From Pseudoxanthomonas sp. (lineage in GTDB: Bacteria; Pseudomonadota; Gammaproteobacteria; Xanthomonadales; Xanthomonadaceae), in assembly GCA_047601105.1 (NCBI GenBank), contig JASGJT010000001.1, forward strand, positions 492,879 to 556,878: a stretch of 64,000 nucleotides of DNA, read 5' to 3'. The translations under genes were made by a program, and so were the position numbers. Of this stretch, positions 1 through 9,378 are shown piece after piece; position 1 is the stretch's first letter; each line of letters opens with the position of its first letter. The notes under the pieces are model-generated. The model was not told the origin of the DNA. It saw only the letters and a list, made by a program, of their open reading frames with translations, and ran no database searches.

Positions 1-491
1 TTCTTGCCGGCCTTGTGTTGTTCGTAGTCTTCCAGCAGCAGTTCGATCGACCACGGGAAATTGCCCAGCGAGGCCTGCACCTGGGCCAGGCCTTCTTCGA
101 TGCGCTTGGCGATGGCGATTTCGCCTTCGCGGGTGAGCAGCTCGACCGTACCCATTTCGCGCATGTACATGCGCACCGGGTCGGTGGTGCGGCCACCTTC
201 GGTGTCCAGCGAGGTCAGCGCGGCAGCGGCTTCTTCGGCGGCGGTTTCGTCAACCTCGCGGTTGCCGGTGGCACCGTCGGCCAGCAGCAAGGTTTCGGCA
301 TCGGGTGCGACTTCGTGCACGTCGATACCCATGCCGGTGATCAGGCCGATGATGTCTTCGATCTGCTCGGGATCGACCATGTCGTCGGGCAGGTGGTCGT
401 TGACTTCGGCGTAGGTCAGGTAGCCTTGTTCAAGGCCCTTGCTGATCAACAGCTTGATGTCGGATTGCTGGGCAGGACGTTCGTTGGCCAT
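1..491 (-). CDS. rpoD: RNA polymerase sigma-70 factor RpoD, N-terminal part (runs off the window start)
   Basis: Reverse strand from ATG at 491 reads MANERPAQQSDIKLLISKGLEQGYLTYAEVNDHLPDDMVDPEQIEDII... (region 1.1) and later TTDPVRMYMREMG (region 1.2). Not in the ORF track because it is truncated. Confidence 0.96.
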   Translation of the reverse strand, partial: MANERPAQQSDIKLLISKGLEQGYLTYAEVNDHLPDDMVDPEQIEDIIGLITGMGIDVHEVAPDAETLLLADGATGNREVDETAAEEAAAALTSLDTEGGRTTDPVRMYMREMGTVELLTREGEIAIAKRIEEGLAQVQASLGNFPWSIELLLEDYEQHKAGK

Positions 492-644
492 GAGTGCTTG
501 CGCCACCGGCAGGAGGACTGGAGGGAACCTAGCATTATACCGCGCCAGCCGAAGAATAGTTTGCCAGCGGGCTCAAACGCGCCGACGCGCGCCCGGAAAC
601 CGGACGTGGCGATGCTCTTGCCGGGCACCCCAGCCGGTAAAACG

Positions 645-1085
645 TCAGGGCCGCAGCAGGAAGGTCACCGGGCCGTCATTGACCAGGCTGACGACCATAT
701 GGGCGCCGAAACGGCCGGTTTCCACCCCTGGGGCGTGATTTTGCCGACAAATGGCAACAAAACGGTTGAAGCCGCGTTCAGCCTCGTCCGGCGGCGCGGC
801 AGTGGTGAAGCTGGGGCGCATGCCGGATTTGGTATCCGCCGCCAGGGTGAACTGGCTGACCAGCAGCAGGCCGCCGCCGGTATCGGTCAGCGAGCGGTTC
901 ATCTTGCCGGCCTCGTCGGAAAACACGCGGTAACCGAGCAGGCGCTGGGCCATGCGCTGGAACTTGGCTTCGTCATCGCCCGGCTCCACCGCGACCAGGG
1001 CCAGCAGGCCGGGGCCGATGGTACCGATGGCTTCATTATCGACGGTGACACTGGCCTGGGTGACGCGCTGGATGAGGGAAAGCAT
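645..1085 (-). CDS. dtd: D-aminoacyl-tRNA deacylase
   Basis: MLSLIQRV start, SQFTL motif, GRFGAHM and NDGPVT motifs; start trimmed to ATG 1085. Confidence 0.95.
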   Translation of the reverse strand: MLSLIQRVTQASVTVDNEAIGTIGPGLLALVAVEPGDDEAKFQRMAQRLLGYRVFSDEAGKMNRSLTDTGGGLLLVSQFTLAADTKSGMRPSFTTAAPPDEAERGFNRFVAICRQNHAPGVETGRFGAHMVVSLVNDGPVTFLLRP

Positions 1086-1088
1086 GCG

Positions 1089-1184
1089 GGTTCTTGGTTG
1101 CCGGGTTGTTGGTTCCTGGTGCGGGTAGCAGCTTACCCGGCTTCTTCCAACAACCCCGAACCCAACAACCAGCAACCAGCTACT
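1089..1184. repeat. Heptamer-periodic inverted repeat array, (GGTTNYY)n ... (NNNAACC)n
   Basis: ggttctt-ggttgcc-g-ggttgtt-ggttcct at 1089-1117 and aacaacc-ccgaacc-c-aacaacc-agcaacc at 1149-1177, between divergent dtd and lpxL. Confidence 0.65.
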
Positions 1185-1195
1185 AAACTCCCCGG

Positions 1196-2110
1196 ATGAA
1201 TCCCGAGCTTCCCGCCGCCCTGCTCTACCGCACCGTCGCCGCGATCACCTCGCTACCGTGGTCTTGGCTGCGCCGGTTTGCCGATGCGGTGGCTTGGCTG
1301 TGGATGCGCATCGATGCGCGCGAAAGCCGGGTGGCGCGGCGCAACCTGGAACTGGCCTACCCGGATTTATTGCCCGGCCAGCGTGCGGAACTGCATGGCC
1401 GCATCCTGCGCACCACCGCGCGGCAGGCCTTGGAAACCTTGCGCTTCTGGACGCATGCGCCGGCCGGCAACCTGCGCTGCGTGCGCCAGCACAACGGCAG
1501 CCAGCTGTACGACGAAGCGCTGGCTGCCGGCAAGGGTGTGATCGTGATTGCACCGCATTTCGGCAACTGGGAACTGCTCAACCAGTGGCTGGCTTCGCGC
1601 GGGGATTACGCCTTCGTCTATGCGCCGCCGCAATCGGCCATTGGCGATGCCTTCCTGCTGCGCGCGCGCGGCAATGCCGGCAATGTCGTCCAGGTGCGCG
1701 CCGAGGGTGCGGCAGTGCGGCAATTGTGGAAGATATTGAAGGGCGGCGGTTCGGTCGCGATCCTGCCGGACCAGCAGCCCAAGCTGGGCGATGGCGAATT
1801 CGCGCCGTTCTTCGGCATCGAGGCACTGACCATGACCCTGGTGTCACGGCTGGCCGAACGCACCGGCGCATCGCTGCTGTGCGCGTGGTGCGAGCGCACC
1901 GGGCCGGATCTTGAATTCGCCCTGCACATCGAAGCGGCCGACCCACGCATCGGCGATGCCGATCCACGCATCGCCGCCACCGCGCTCAACGCCACGGTCG
2001 AGCGCGTGGCGCGACGCGACCCGGCGCAATACCAGTGGACCTACAAACGCTATACGCTTCGCCCACCGGGCAGCGGTGAGGAAAATCCCTATCCGCGGCC
2101 GGCGAAATGA
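1196..2110 (+). CDS. Lipid A biosynthesis acyltransferase (LpxL/HtrB family)
   Basis: PHFGNWE (H-X4-E) motif, [20 protein letters not shown]-terminal motif. Confidence 0.9.
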   Translation: MNPELPAALLYRTVAAITSLPWSWLRRFADAVAWLWMRIDARESRVARRNLELAYPDLLPGQRAELHGRILRTTARQALETLRFWTHAPAGNLRCVRQHNGSQLYDEALAAGKGVIVIAPHFGNWELLNQWLASRGDYAFVYAPPQSAIGDAFLLRARGNAGNVVQVRAEGAAVRQLWKILKGGGSVAILPDQQPKLGDGEFAPFFGIEALTMTLVSRLAERTGASLLCAWCERTGPDLEFALHIEAADPRIGDADPRIAATALNATVERVARRDPAQYQWTYKRYTLRPPGSGEENPYPRPAK

Positions 2111-3582
2111 ATCCAAGGGGAAAATGCATGCGTGGATGGAAGTTGTGGTTGCTGCTGGTGCTGGCTGCGCCGGCAATGGCGGTGGATGAGGGCCGAGAAC
2201 TCAACGCGGTCAGCCGCGCTTGGGATCGCTATGCGGAACTGAGCAGCCGCGACGACCCTGGCAGCGCCGATCTGCTGGCCGCTTCCAGTCTGGAGCATTT
2301 CGGCTTCCTGCGTAATGCCGCGTTGCATGCCTCGGTGGAACAACTGCGGCGGCTGCCGATCGCCGACCGCGTGGTGATCTATGCCTTGCGCGCCACGCAA
2401 ACGCCCGACGCACTGAAGGCACTGGACGAAAAAGCCACCGCGCGGCTGTGCTTCGAGCGCGGCTGGTACGGCGTGGGCGCGCCCGGCGAAGACGGCAGCC
2501 TGCCGGCACTGAGCCACGTCACCTTGCTGGGCGAAAGCCACGCCATCGGCGAGATGGCACCACCGACCGGGCAGCAGTTCCAGTTCGGCGCCGAATTCTT
2601 CCGCGATGACGCCGGCTGGAAAGTGGCACCGGAAACCCAGATCGCGGATGCCTCCGCGTCGATCCTGCAACAGGCGCGCAATGCCTCGATCAGCGAAAAC
2701 ACGATGCTTGGCTATCTGTTGCAACGCTTTCTGGGCGAAGACGCGCCGGTGCCAAGCCTGGTCGCGCTGGAACAACCCCTCATCGACAACGTCACCGCAC
2801 GCGCGCGCCTCAACGAGCAATGGCCTACCTACGAGGCCACCTACAAGACCCGCGTGCAGGCGCTGGGGGTGAAGGCCGAAGCCGGCGACACCTTCGCGCA
2901 GATGGCGCTGGGCAGCATGCTGGTCAGCGGCAGCCTGCCACAGGCCGCGCCGAAGGACGAGCCGCGCGGATGGAAGTTGCTGGAACAGGCCAGCGACGGC
3001 GGCAACAGCGACGCTGCCTGGTTCGTGTTCCAGTACCTGATGTCCGACCCGAAGCAATACACCGACGCGCAACTGGCGCGCGCGGCCGTGCACCTGCAAC
3101 GCGCGGCGGCGACAGCCAACCCGCAGGCGATGGCATCACTGGGCAATTTCTATTTCGAAGGTGCCGGCGGCCTGCCGCAGGACTGCCGACTGGCCGCCGA
3201 CTGGCAGGCGCGCGCCGAGGAAGCCGGCGTGCAGCATGCGCGCAACGAACAGGTCTGGACCTGGGCTACCTGCCCCATCGCCGCGCAACGCGACCCGGCG
3301 CGCTCGCTGCAACTGGCCGGCTTCATGGTCAAGCAGCAGGACATGCTGGGCTACAGCGAACTGGACACCGTGGCCGCCGCCTACGCCGCCAATCAACAGT
3401 TCGACCGTGCCATCGAATTCCAGCAAAAATCGCTGGCCAAGCTGGCCAATGCCGAGATGGATGACAAGATCCGCAGCCGCACGCAGAAACGCCTGCAGGC
3501 ACGGCTGCGCGGCTACCAAAACGGCCGCGATTACGTGCAGGACTACAACACCTTCAAGGAAATGATGGCGGGTAGCTACTGA
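2107..3582 (+). CDS. Exported SEL1/TPR-repeat protein with an uncharacterised N-terminal domain
   Basis: Signal-peptide-like MRGWKLWLLLVLAAPAMA; SEL1-like units (AQMALGSMLVSG, AMASLGNFYFEGAGGLPQD); TPR-like LDTVAAAYAANQQFDRAIEFQQK. Alternative start a few codons later. Confidence 0.75.
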   Translation: MNPRGKCMRGWKLWLLLVLAAPAMAVDEGRELNAVSRAWDRYAELSSRDDPGSADLLAASSLEHFGFLRNAALHASVEQLRRLPIADRVVIYALRATQTPDALKALDEKATARLCFERGWYGVGAPGEDGSLPALSHVTLLGESHAIGEMAPPTGQQFQFGAEFFRDDAGWKVAPETQIADASASILQQARNASISENTMLGYLLQRFLGEDAPVPSLVALEQPLIDNVTARARLNEQWPTYEATYKTRVQALGVKAEAGDTFAQMALGSMLVSGSLPQAAPKDEPRGWKLLEQASDGGNSDAAWFVFQYLMSDPKQYTDAQLARAAVHLQRAAATANPQAMASLGNFYFEGAGGLPQDCRLAADWQARAEEAGVQHARNEQVWTWATCPIAAQRDPARSLQLAGFMVKQQDMLGYSELDTVAAAYAANQQFDRAIEFQQKSLAKLANAEMDDKIRSRTQKRLQARLRGYQNGRDYVQDYNTFKEMMAGSY

Positions 3583-4088
3583 TGACGGATGAGGCCATGC
3601 AAGCGCCTGTCGCAATGGTGGGCAACGACTGGCACGCGCTGCCGCCACGCGGGGCTTGGTTCGCCGCGATCAATGGCGCGATCGGCGGATTCTTCCCGTT
3701 TGCCGCCACCGGCTTCCTGTCACTGGCCACGCATTTCGGCTCACCGTGGTTGTTGATTCCGGCAGCCGGCGCGATGGGTGCGTTGTTCGGCGCGTGGTTG
3801 GGCTGGAAGCGCCACCGCCGCACCGCGTGGAGGCTGGACGACACCGGCTTTGCCGTGCGCCGTGGTCGCCTGTGGCATACCGAAACGCGGGTGCCGACTT
3901 CGCGCGTGCAGCACCTGGATCTGAAACGCGGCCCGCTGGAACGCATGGCGAAGCTGGCAACGCTGGTGGTGCATACCGCCGGCACGCGGATGGCGGCGGT
4001 ATCGGTGTCCGGGCTGGACGATGCCGATGCCGAATACCTGCGCGACCAGTTGGCGCGGCAGATCGACCACGACGGCGACGCGCTGTGA
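3582..4088 (+). CDS. Bacterial PH-domain membrane protein (YdbS-like)
   Basis: Two TM segments, then VPTSRVQHLDLKRGPLERMAKLATLVVHTAG typical of bPH_2 domains. Confidence 0.85.
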   Translation: MTDEAMQAPVAMVGNDWHALPPRGAWFAAINGAIGGFFPFAATGFLSLATHFGSPWLLIPAAGAMGALFGAWLGWKRHRRTAWRLDDTGFAVRRGRLWHTETRVPTSRVQHLDLKRGPLERMAKLATLVVHTAGTRMAAVSVSGLDDADAEYLRDQLARQIDHDGDAL

Positions 4089-5632
4089 ATCAGGAAACAC
4101 CCGTGCTTGCCAACGATGAAGGCGCCATCAACCAGGAGCGCCGGCTGCATCCGTGGTCGTGGTTGTTCGTGCTGGTGCAGCACCTGAAGCAATTCATCCT
4201 GCCGTTGCTGGTGCTGCTGGTGTTCGGCGGGCGCGGCGACCGCAGTGAATTCTGGACCAGCGTGGCCCCGCTGGCGGCGGTGGGCGTGCTGGCGGTGGTG
4301 TCGCTGCTGGAATACTTCACCTATCGCTATCGCATCGGCACGGACAAGCTGACCGTGCGCAGCGGCTGGCTGCAGCGCAGCGTGCGCGAGATCCCGTTCG
4401 CACGCATCCACAACGTGGCCGTGCACCAGTCGCTGCTGCATCGGTTGTTCGGCGTGGCCGAAGTGCGGCTGGAATCGGCCGGCGGGCACAAGCCCGAAGC
4501 GCAAATGCGCGTGCTGCGGCTGGACCAGGCACTGGCACTGGAAGAACAAGTCCGCCAGCGTGGGCGCGATGGCACAACCACCCACGATGCAACCACGGGT
4601 GAAACCATCGCCGTGCCGCAACGCGACGTGCTGCTGGCGCTGCCACCGGCGGAAATCGTGCGGCTGGGCCTGATCTCCAATCGCGGCATGATCGTGTTCG
4701 CCGCCGCCTTCGGCATGGCGTGGCAGGTGTTTCCCGAACGCCTGATCACCGACTTCTTCAAGAGCTACGCCCGGCAGTTGTTCGGCTATGCCGACCACCT
4801 GCATCTGGGCTGGGCGCAGATGGCGCTTGCCTCACTCGCACTGGTCGCGTTGGGCCTGGTACTGCTGCGGGTGCTGTCGGTGGTGCTGGCCTTCGTGCAA
4901 TACCACGGCTTCACCCTGAGCGAAGCGCAGCGCCGCCTGACCGTGGAGCGCGGCCTGCTGACCCGGCTGCGCACCAGCGTCGCGCGCCGGCGCATCCAGG
5001 CATTCACTCTGCACGAAGGCCTGCTGCACCGCTTGTTCAAACGTCGCAGCCTGCAGGTGGACACCGCCGCCGCGCGACAACAAGGGCAGGAACAGGACCG
5101 CACGCTGAAGGAACTGGCCCCGATCGCAACCGCGGATACCTGCGATGCACTGGTGCGGCACGTGCTGCCACAGGCGCACTGGCCGCCGCCGCAATGGCAG
5201 CCCCTGCAAGGCAGCACCTGGCGCTTGTTCTGGCCCGGCGCGCTGTTTTTCGCGGCGGTGGCGCTGGCAACGACCAGCTTCACGCGCAGCGCCTGGGGCC
5301 TGCTGCCGTTGCTGTGGCTGCCATGGGGCGCGTATTCGGCGTGGCAACAAGCGCGGCGCCTGAGCTACGCAGCCGACGACACCCTGGTGGCAGTGCGCGG
5401 TGGCTGGTGGTCACGCTGGTGGCGCTTCGCCGAAATCGACAAGTTGCAGGCCCTGCGGCTAAGCCGCTCGCCCATCGACCGCCGCTGCGGCACCGCCACG
5501 CTGTGGCTGGACACGGCCGGCGCCGGCGGGCTGGAAACGCCACTGCGGATTCGCTTCCTGCCGGAGAGCGAAGCGCAGGCACTGCTGAACGAGCTGGGCG
5601 CAAAGCTGGCGCGGCGCAGATTGCGCTGGTAG
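4085..5632 (+). CDS. Multi-PH-domain membrane protein (YdbT-like)
   Basis: GTG start overlapping the upstream TGA (GTGA); RRLHP motif and three bPH_2-like repeats (IPFARIHNV, VARRRIQAF, FAEIDKLQAL). Confidence 0.85.
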   Translation: MNQETPVLANDEGAINQERRLHPWSWLFVLVQHLKQFILPLLVLLVFGGRGDRSEFWTSVAPLAAVGVLAVVSLLEYFTYRYRIGTDKLTVRSGWLQRSVREIPFARIHNVAVHQSLLHRLFGVAEVRLESAGGHKPEAQMRVLRLDQALALEEQVRQRGRDGTTTHDATTGETIAVPQRDVLLALPPAEIVRLGLISNRGMIVFAAAFGMAWQVFPERLITDFFKSYARQLFGYADHLHLGWAQMALASLALVALGLVLLRVLSVVLAFVQYHGFTLSEAQRRLTVERGLLTRLRTSVARRRIQAFTLHEGLLHRLFKRRSLQVDTAAARQQGQEQDRTLKELAPIATADTCDALVRHVLPQAHWPPPQWQPLQGSTWRLFWPGALFFAAVALATTSFTRSAWGLLPLLWLPWGAYSAWQQARRLSYAADDTLVAVRGGWWSRWWRFAEIDKLQALRLSRSPIDRRCGTATLWLDTAGAGGLETPLRIRFLPESEAQALLNELGAKLARRRLRW

Positions 5633-5647
5633 GCGGGTACCGGCGGG

Positions 5648-6688
5648 TCAGCGGCCCCAGTAGCCAATGCGCCGGCGGATCTTCAGCTTGCGCCAGAAAT
5701 TCCACGGCTTCGGTTTGCGGTTGCGCGCACCGTTGGCGATGAAGGTGTCGATGGCCTCCAGAATGCGCTCGCTCGAACGCCCATCGCGATACGGATGGAT
5801 CGCATCGGCGTAGTCGCGGATCGCAGCCATCAGTTCCGGCGGGCGCGACAAGGCGCGACGGATCGCCGGCTCGAATTGCGACGCATCATCGATGTCGATC
5901 AACTGCGGGCCGGGACGACGGTTCTTGAACGTCACCACCGGCTTGTGGGTCAATAGGAATTCGTTGAGCGCGGACGAGGTATCCGAACACATCATGTCCG
6001 CCTCACCGAACAACTCCAGGATGTTGTCGTTGTCGGCGAAACGCAGGTTCTCGTCTTCCAGCGCGCGGAACTTGGCCGTGGTTTCCGGGTTCATCTTCGG
6101 GTGAAAGGTGATGACCCAGCGCCATTCGCCAGTGCGCGAGAGCCGCTTCACTTCTTCGTACAAGGTTTCTGCGGCGCTCCACGAGGGCGAGAAGGTGCTG
6201 TGATACAGGATGGTCGGCCGCGCATCGATTGACCGCCCCCCGACCGGCCCCGGTTCGCCACCGAATTCCTGCATGAATGGGTCGATCTTCGGCCAGCCGG
6301 TTTCGATGACGGAAAAATGCCCGAGCTTGTCGGCGATGGCCTGGAACTGCGCCGTGTCGCGCGGCCCGGTGGTGCAGTACAGGTCGAAGAAGCCGCGGAT
6401 GTAGATGTGGCGCGGCTTGCCGGCGTCGAAGCCGTGGAAGGTTTCGACCTTCACCCCGGGGAAGAAATGCGGCACCGCGTTGGAGCCGGTGATCACCGCG
6501 ATCGGGTTCCAGTCGCGCACCTGTTGCGTGGTGGTCAGCAGCTTTTCGCCTTCGACCAGATCCTCCGCACCGGGACCGTCGAAGAACCATGCGGCTTCAC
6601 CACCACGCGCGCGGATCGCCGCCTGCAGGGGGCGCAGGATCGCCAGCGCATAGCGTTCGGAACCGTACAGCAGGTAGTGTTTCGGCAT
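5648..6688 (-). CDS. CDP-glycerol glycerophosphotransferase (TagB/TagF-like) family protein
   Basis: FHG, TGWPKIDP, ILYHSTFSP, FHPKM, DMMCSDTSSALNEFLLTHKPVV motifs. Confidence 0.8.
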   Translation of the reverse strand: MPKHYLLYGSERYALAILRPLQAAIRARGGEAAWFFDGPGAEDLVEGEKLLTTTQQVRDWNPIAVITGSNAVPHFFPGVKVETFHGFDAGKPRHIYIRGFFDLYCTTGPRDTAQFQAIADKLGHFSVIETGWPKIDPFMQEFGGEPGPVGGRSIDARPTILYHSTFSPSWSAAETLYEEVKRLSRTGEWRWVITFHPKMNPETTAKFRALEDENLRFADNDNILELFGEADMMCSDTSSALNEFLLTHKPVVTFKNRRPGPQLIDIDDASQFEPAIRRALSRPPELMAAIRDYADAIHPYRDGRSSERILEAIDTFIANGARNRKPKPWNFWRKLKIRRRIGYWGR

Positions 6689-6781
6689 CGATCTTCCCTT
6701 GCATGACGCCGGCATTGCCCGCAGGGCACCCGGCGCGAGATTATTGCATCAACCCACCCATCCGTACCGCCGGACAACCGC

Positions 6782-7606
6782 TTGAGCGAACCCGCCACCC
6801 GCATCGACGCGATCCACGCAAAGCTGCCGATCTCGGCCTGCGTAATCGCCTTCAACGAAGCCGACCGCATCGGCGATTGTCTGCGTTCGCTGACGTTCTG
6901 CGAGGACATCGTGGTGGTGGATTCGCATTCGACCGACGCCACGCGCGCGATTGCCGAATCATTGGGTGCACGGGTGCTGGTGCGCGATTTTGACGGCTTC
7001 CGCAGCCAGAAGGATTTCGCGGTTCAGCAGGCGCGTCACGACTGGGTGCTGTGCCTGGACGCGGACGAGCGGGTGACGCCGAAATTGCTGGCATCGATCC
7101 GCGCCGCGCAGGCGAGCGGATTCCTCCACGCGGCGGGCTACCGCTTCGCGCGGCTGTCCGAATACTTCGGCAAGTTCCTGCGCCACGGCAATCCCTATCC
7201 CGACCACGTGCTGCGGCTGTTCGACCGCCGCCGTGGCGGCTGGCGCGGCGAGCGCGAGATCCACGAAACGGTCAGCGTCGATGGCTCCATCACTACCCTT
7301 CGCGGCGACCTGCTGCACTTCCCGTTCCGCTCGCTGCTGCAGATGCTTGAAAAGAAGCAGAAATACGCACGGATGATGGCCGAATACGAACATGCGCGCG
7401 GCAAGCGCGCTTCGCTGGCGAAACTGGTGCTGTCCCCGGCATGGCGGTTCTGGCGCGGCTACGTGTTGCGGTTGGGCTTCCTGGACGGCTGGCCCGGCCT
7501 GATCGAGGCCTATGTCAGCGCAAACTACGTCCGCCAGAAGACCATGATGCTGTGGCTGCTGGAACACGGACAGGCGGTGACGGATCCACCGCGCGATTCC
7601 GGCTGA
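6782..7606 (+). CDS. Glycosyltransferase family 2 (LPS core type)
   Basis: ISACVIAFNEADRI, VVVDSHSTD, WVLCLDADER DxD motif, GFLDGWPG C-terminus; TTG start. Confidence 0.9.
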   Translation: MSEPATRIDAIHAKLPISACVIAFNEADRIGDCLRSLTFCEDIVVVDSHSTDATRAIAESLGARVLVRDFDGFRSQKDFAVQQARHDWVLCLDADERVTPKLLASIRAAQASGFLHAAGYRFARLSEYFGKFLRHGNPYPDHVLRLFDRRRGGWRGEREIHETVSVDGSITTLRGDLLHFPFRSLLQMLEKKQKYARMMAEYEHARGKRASLAKLVLSPAWRFWRGYVLRLGFLDGWPGLIEAYVSANYVRQKTMMLWLLEHGQAVTDPPRDSG

Positions 7607-7613
7607 GGCGCTT

Positions 7614-8684
7614 TCAGGATCCGGCAACCAGGCCGTTCGGCACTTCCTCTTCCACTTCCAGCGCGAGCTGCGGCAACGTTGCCGGCTGCTCGATCATCCG
7701 CCACATCGCGGCCACCAGTTGCCGGCGGAACGCGGCGTCATTGCGAACGTAGAAATCGCGGGCAGCAGCCGAACGCGCCTCGATCTGCAAAGGTGTCAGC
7801 GCCAGTGCGGCCTCCACTGCGGCCTCCACCGCCGCCGCATCGACCAGATAGCGCGTCGCCAGTTCCTGCGGCCGCGTCTCCGAAAAAGGAATCAGCACAC
7901 CGCGCTCGGCAGTGACCAGCTCGTTCATCGGCTCGGCGTCGGTGACCAGGGTGATCGCGCCGACGCTGAGCGCTTCCATCAGGTAATGGCCAAAGCCTTC
8001 GGTTTCCGAAGGGCACAGGTGGAACAGGTTTTCATTCTGCAGGCGTTGCAGTTCGGCATCGTCGATGTAGTCGATCCGATGCACGATGTTGTCCGCCTGC
8101 GGACGGAAATCGGCCATCTTCGGGTGCTGTACCACGGTCAGCAGCGGCCATTCCGGGTGCCGTGCCCAGACTTCCAGCAGCAAGCGCGTGCGCTTGGCGC
8201 TGCTGCGCCCGGCCAAGTGGAAGAAGCCATGCCGACGCTCGACTTGCGGCTGCAGGCGATCGACGCTGGTGAAGCCCATCCATTCCACGTTGCAGCCTTC
8301 GCGCCGAAAGATATCGACCGCGTGGTGGGTCTTGGCCAGTATCCGATCGATCTTGGACAAGCTGCGGCGGTCGGATTTCAGGCACCACTCGGGATTGGGG
8401 ATGAACACGTTGCGGCTGGCCCCACCCAGAAGTTCGGGGCGGATGTGTTCCAGCATCAGGTTCACGTCATGGCGTGGCCGGTGCAGCGCCCGCCGCACTG
8501 CGAACTTCACCCTTCGCAGTGGCGGCCCGAACCATTTGCGCAGCTTGCCGCGGCCACGACCGGGCTGGAAATCCACCTGCATGCCGGCATCGGTCAATAT
8601 CTGTTCGATCAGGCGCAGGTCGCGGCTCAGGCCGACGCCATTGTCCCAAGCGATCAAGTTTATTCGGGGTGCAGGGCGGGACAT
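7614..8684 (-). CDS. GT-B fold glycosyltransferase (family 4/1-like)
   Basis: LCPSETEGFGHYLMEALSVGAITLVTDAEPMNE nucleotide-sugar binding motif. Confidence 0.85.
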   Translation of the reverse strand: MSRPAPRINLIAWDNGVGLSRDLRLIEQILTDAGMQVDFQPGRGRGKLRKWFGPPLRRVKFAVRRALHRPRHDVNLMLEHIRPELLGGASRNVFIPNPEWCLKSDRRSLSKIDRILAKTHHAVDIFRREGCNVEWMGFTSVDRLQPQVERRHGFFHLAGRSSAKRTRLLLEVWARHPEWPLLTVVQHPKMADFRPQADNIVHRIDYIDDAELQRLQNENLFHLCPSETEGFGHYLMEALSVGAITLVTDAEPMNELVTAERGVLIPFSETRPQELATRYLVDAAAVEAAVEAALALTPLQIEARSAAARDFYVRNDAAFRRQLVAAMWRMIEQPATLPQLALEVEEEVPNGLVAGS

Positions 8685-8769
8685 CGGATTGCGCCGACTG
8701 GTGGGGGAGAGTCACAGTCTATGAATAGCCGTCTCACGCCTGCGTGAATGGCCACTAACAGGTCAGCCT

Positions 8770-9120
8770 TCATTCATCGGCAGTTTCATTTTGGTTTCGG
8801 AATCGGCGAATCCGTAGTTGCGCCTTCAGAGAATCCGGCGTTTCCAGCTGCGCAAAAGCCTGCAGTGAGCCCACCAGCATCGCGCAGCAACTGGCAGCCA
8901 ACTGGTGCGCGAAGATCGACTGGGTCAGACCACAGCCGAAGAACGCCAACACCATCAAAGCACCGGCCATTGCCGTCGCGATTCGGTCGCCCTATGCGAG
9001 CGCACATGGGATGGAATGCGGGCCAACCATCATTCCTGAAACCACGCAGGAATGGCCCCTCTTCGCAATGGATGCTCATCGTTCACCGACCTGCAAGCGC
9101 GTCGCCACCAGATGGAGACC
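8770..9120 (-). pseudogene. Degenerate remnant resembling the C-terminus of an O-antigen ligase (WaaL/Wzy_C) family protein
   Basis: GDRIATAMAGALMVLAFFGCGLTQSIFAHQLAASCCAMLVG resembles the last TM helices of Xanthomonadales O-antigen ligases; preceded by an in-frame TAG. An upstream different-frame segment SIWWRRACRSVNDEHPLRRG resembles the LW...HPLxG loop. Recognition from memory only. Confidence 0.5.
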
Positions 9121-9274
9121 TTCATCACGGAACCCCTTGCTGCATCCAACCAATTTGCAGGATAAGCAAGGTCAACCTAGAAACAAGGTGAAGACAGTCC
9201 TGGCGGGAAGTAGCTTGCTTGGTGGGAGTAACTTGAAATCACCCCTATATAATCGTTCCTGCGACACCAAACTA

Positions 9275-9378
9275 CCGTCACTCCGTCACTCCGTCACTCC
9301 GTCACTCCGTCACTCCGTCACTCCGTCACTCCGTCACTCCGTCACTCCGTCACTCCGTCACTCCGTCACTCCGTCACT
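9275..9378. repeat. Perfect tandem repeat (CCGTCACT)x13, 104 bp
   Basis: Counted directly, units start at 9275+8k (k=0-12). The TGA stop of rsmB (9374-9376) lies inside the unit at 9371-9378. Confidence 0.98.

Noticed and set aside
9233-9253. TTGAAA...TATAAT promoter
   Set aside because: The spacer is only 9 bp and it points antisense into rsmB.
9275-9378. Possible CRISPR array
   Set aside because: Units are contiguous 8-mers with no spacers, and no cas genes are present.
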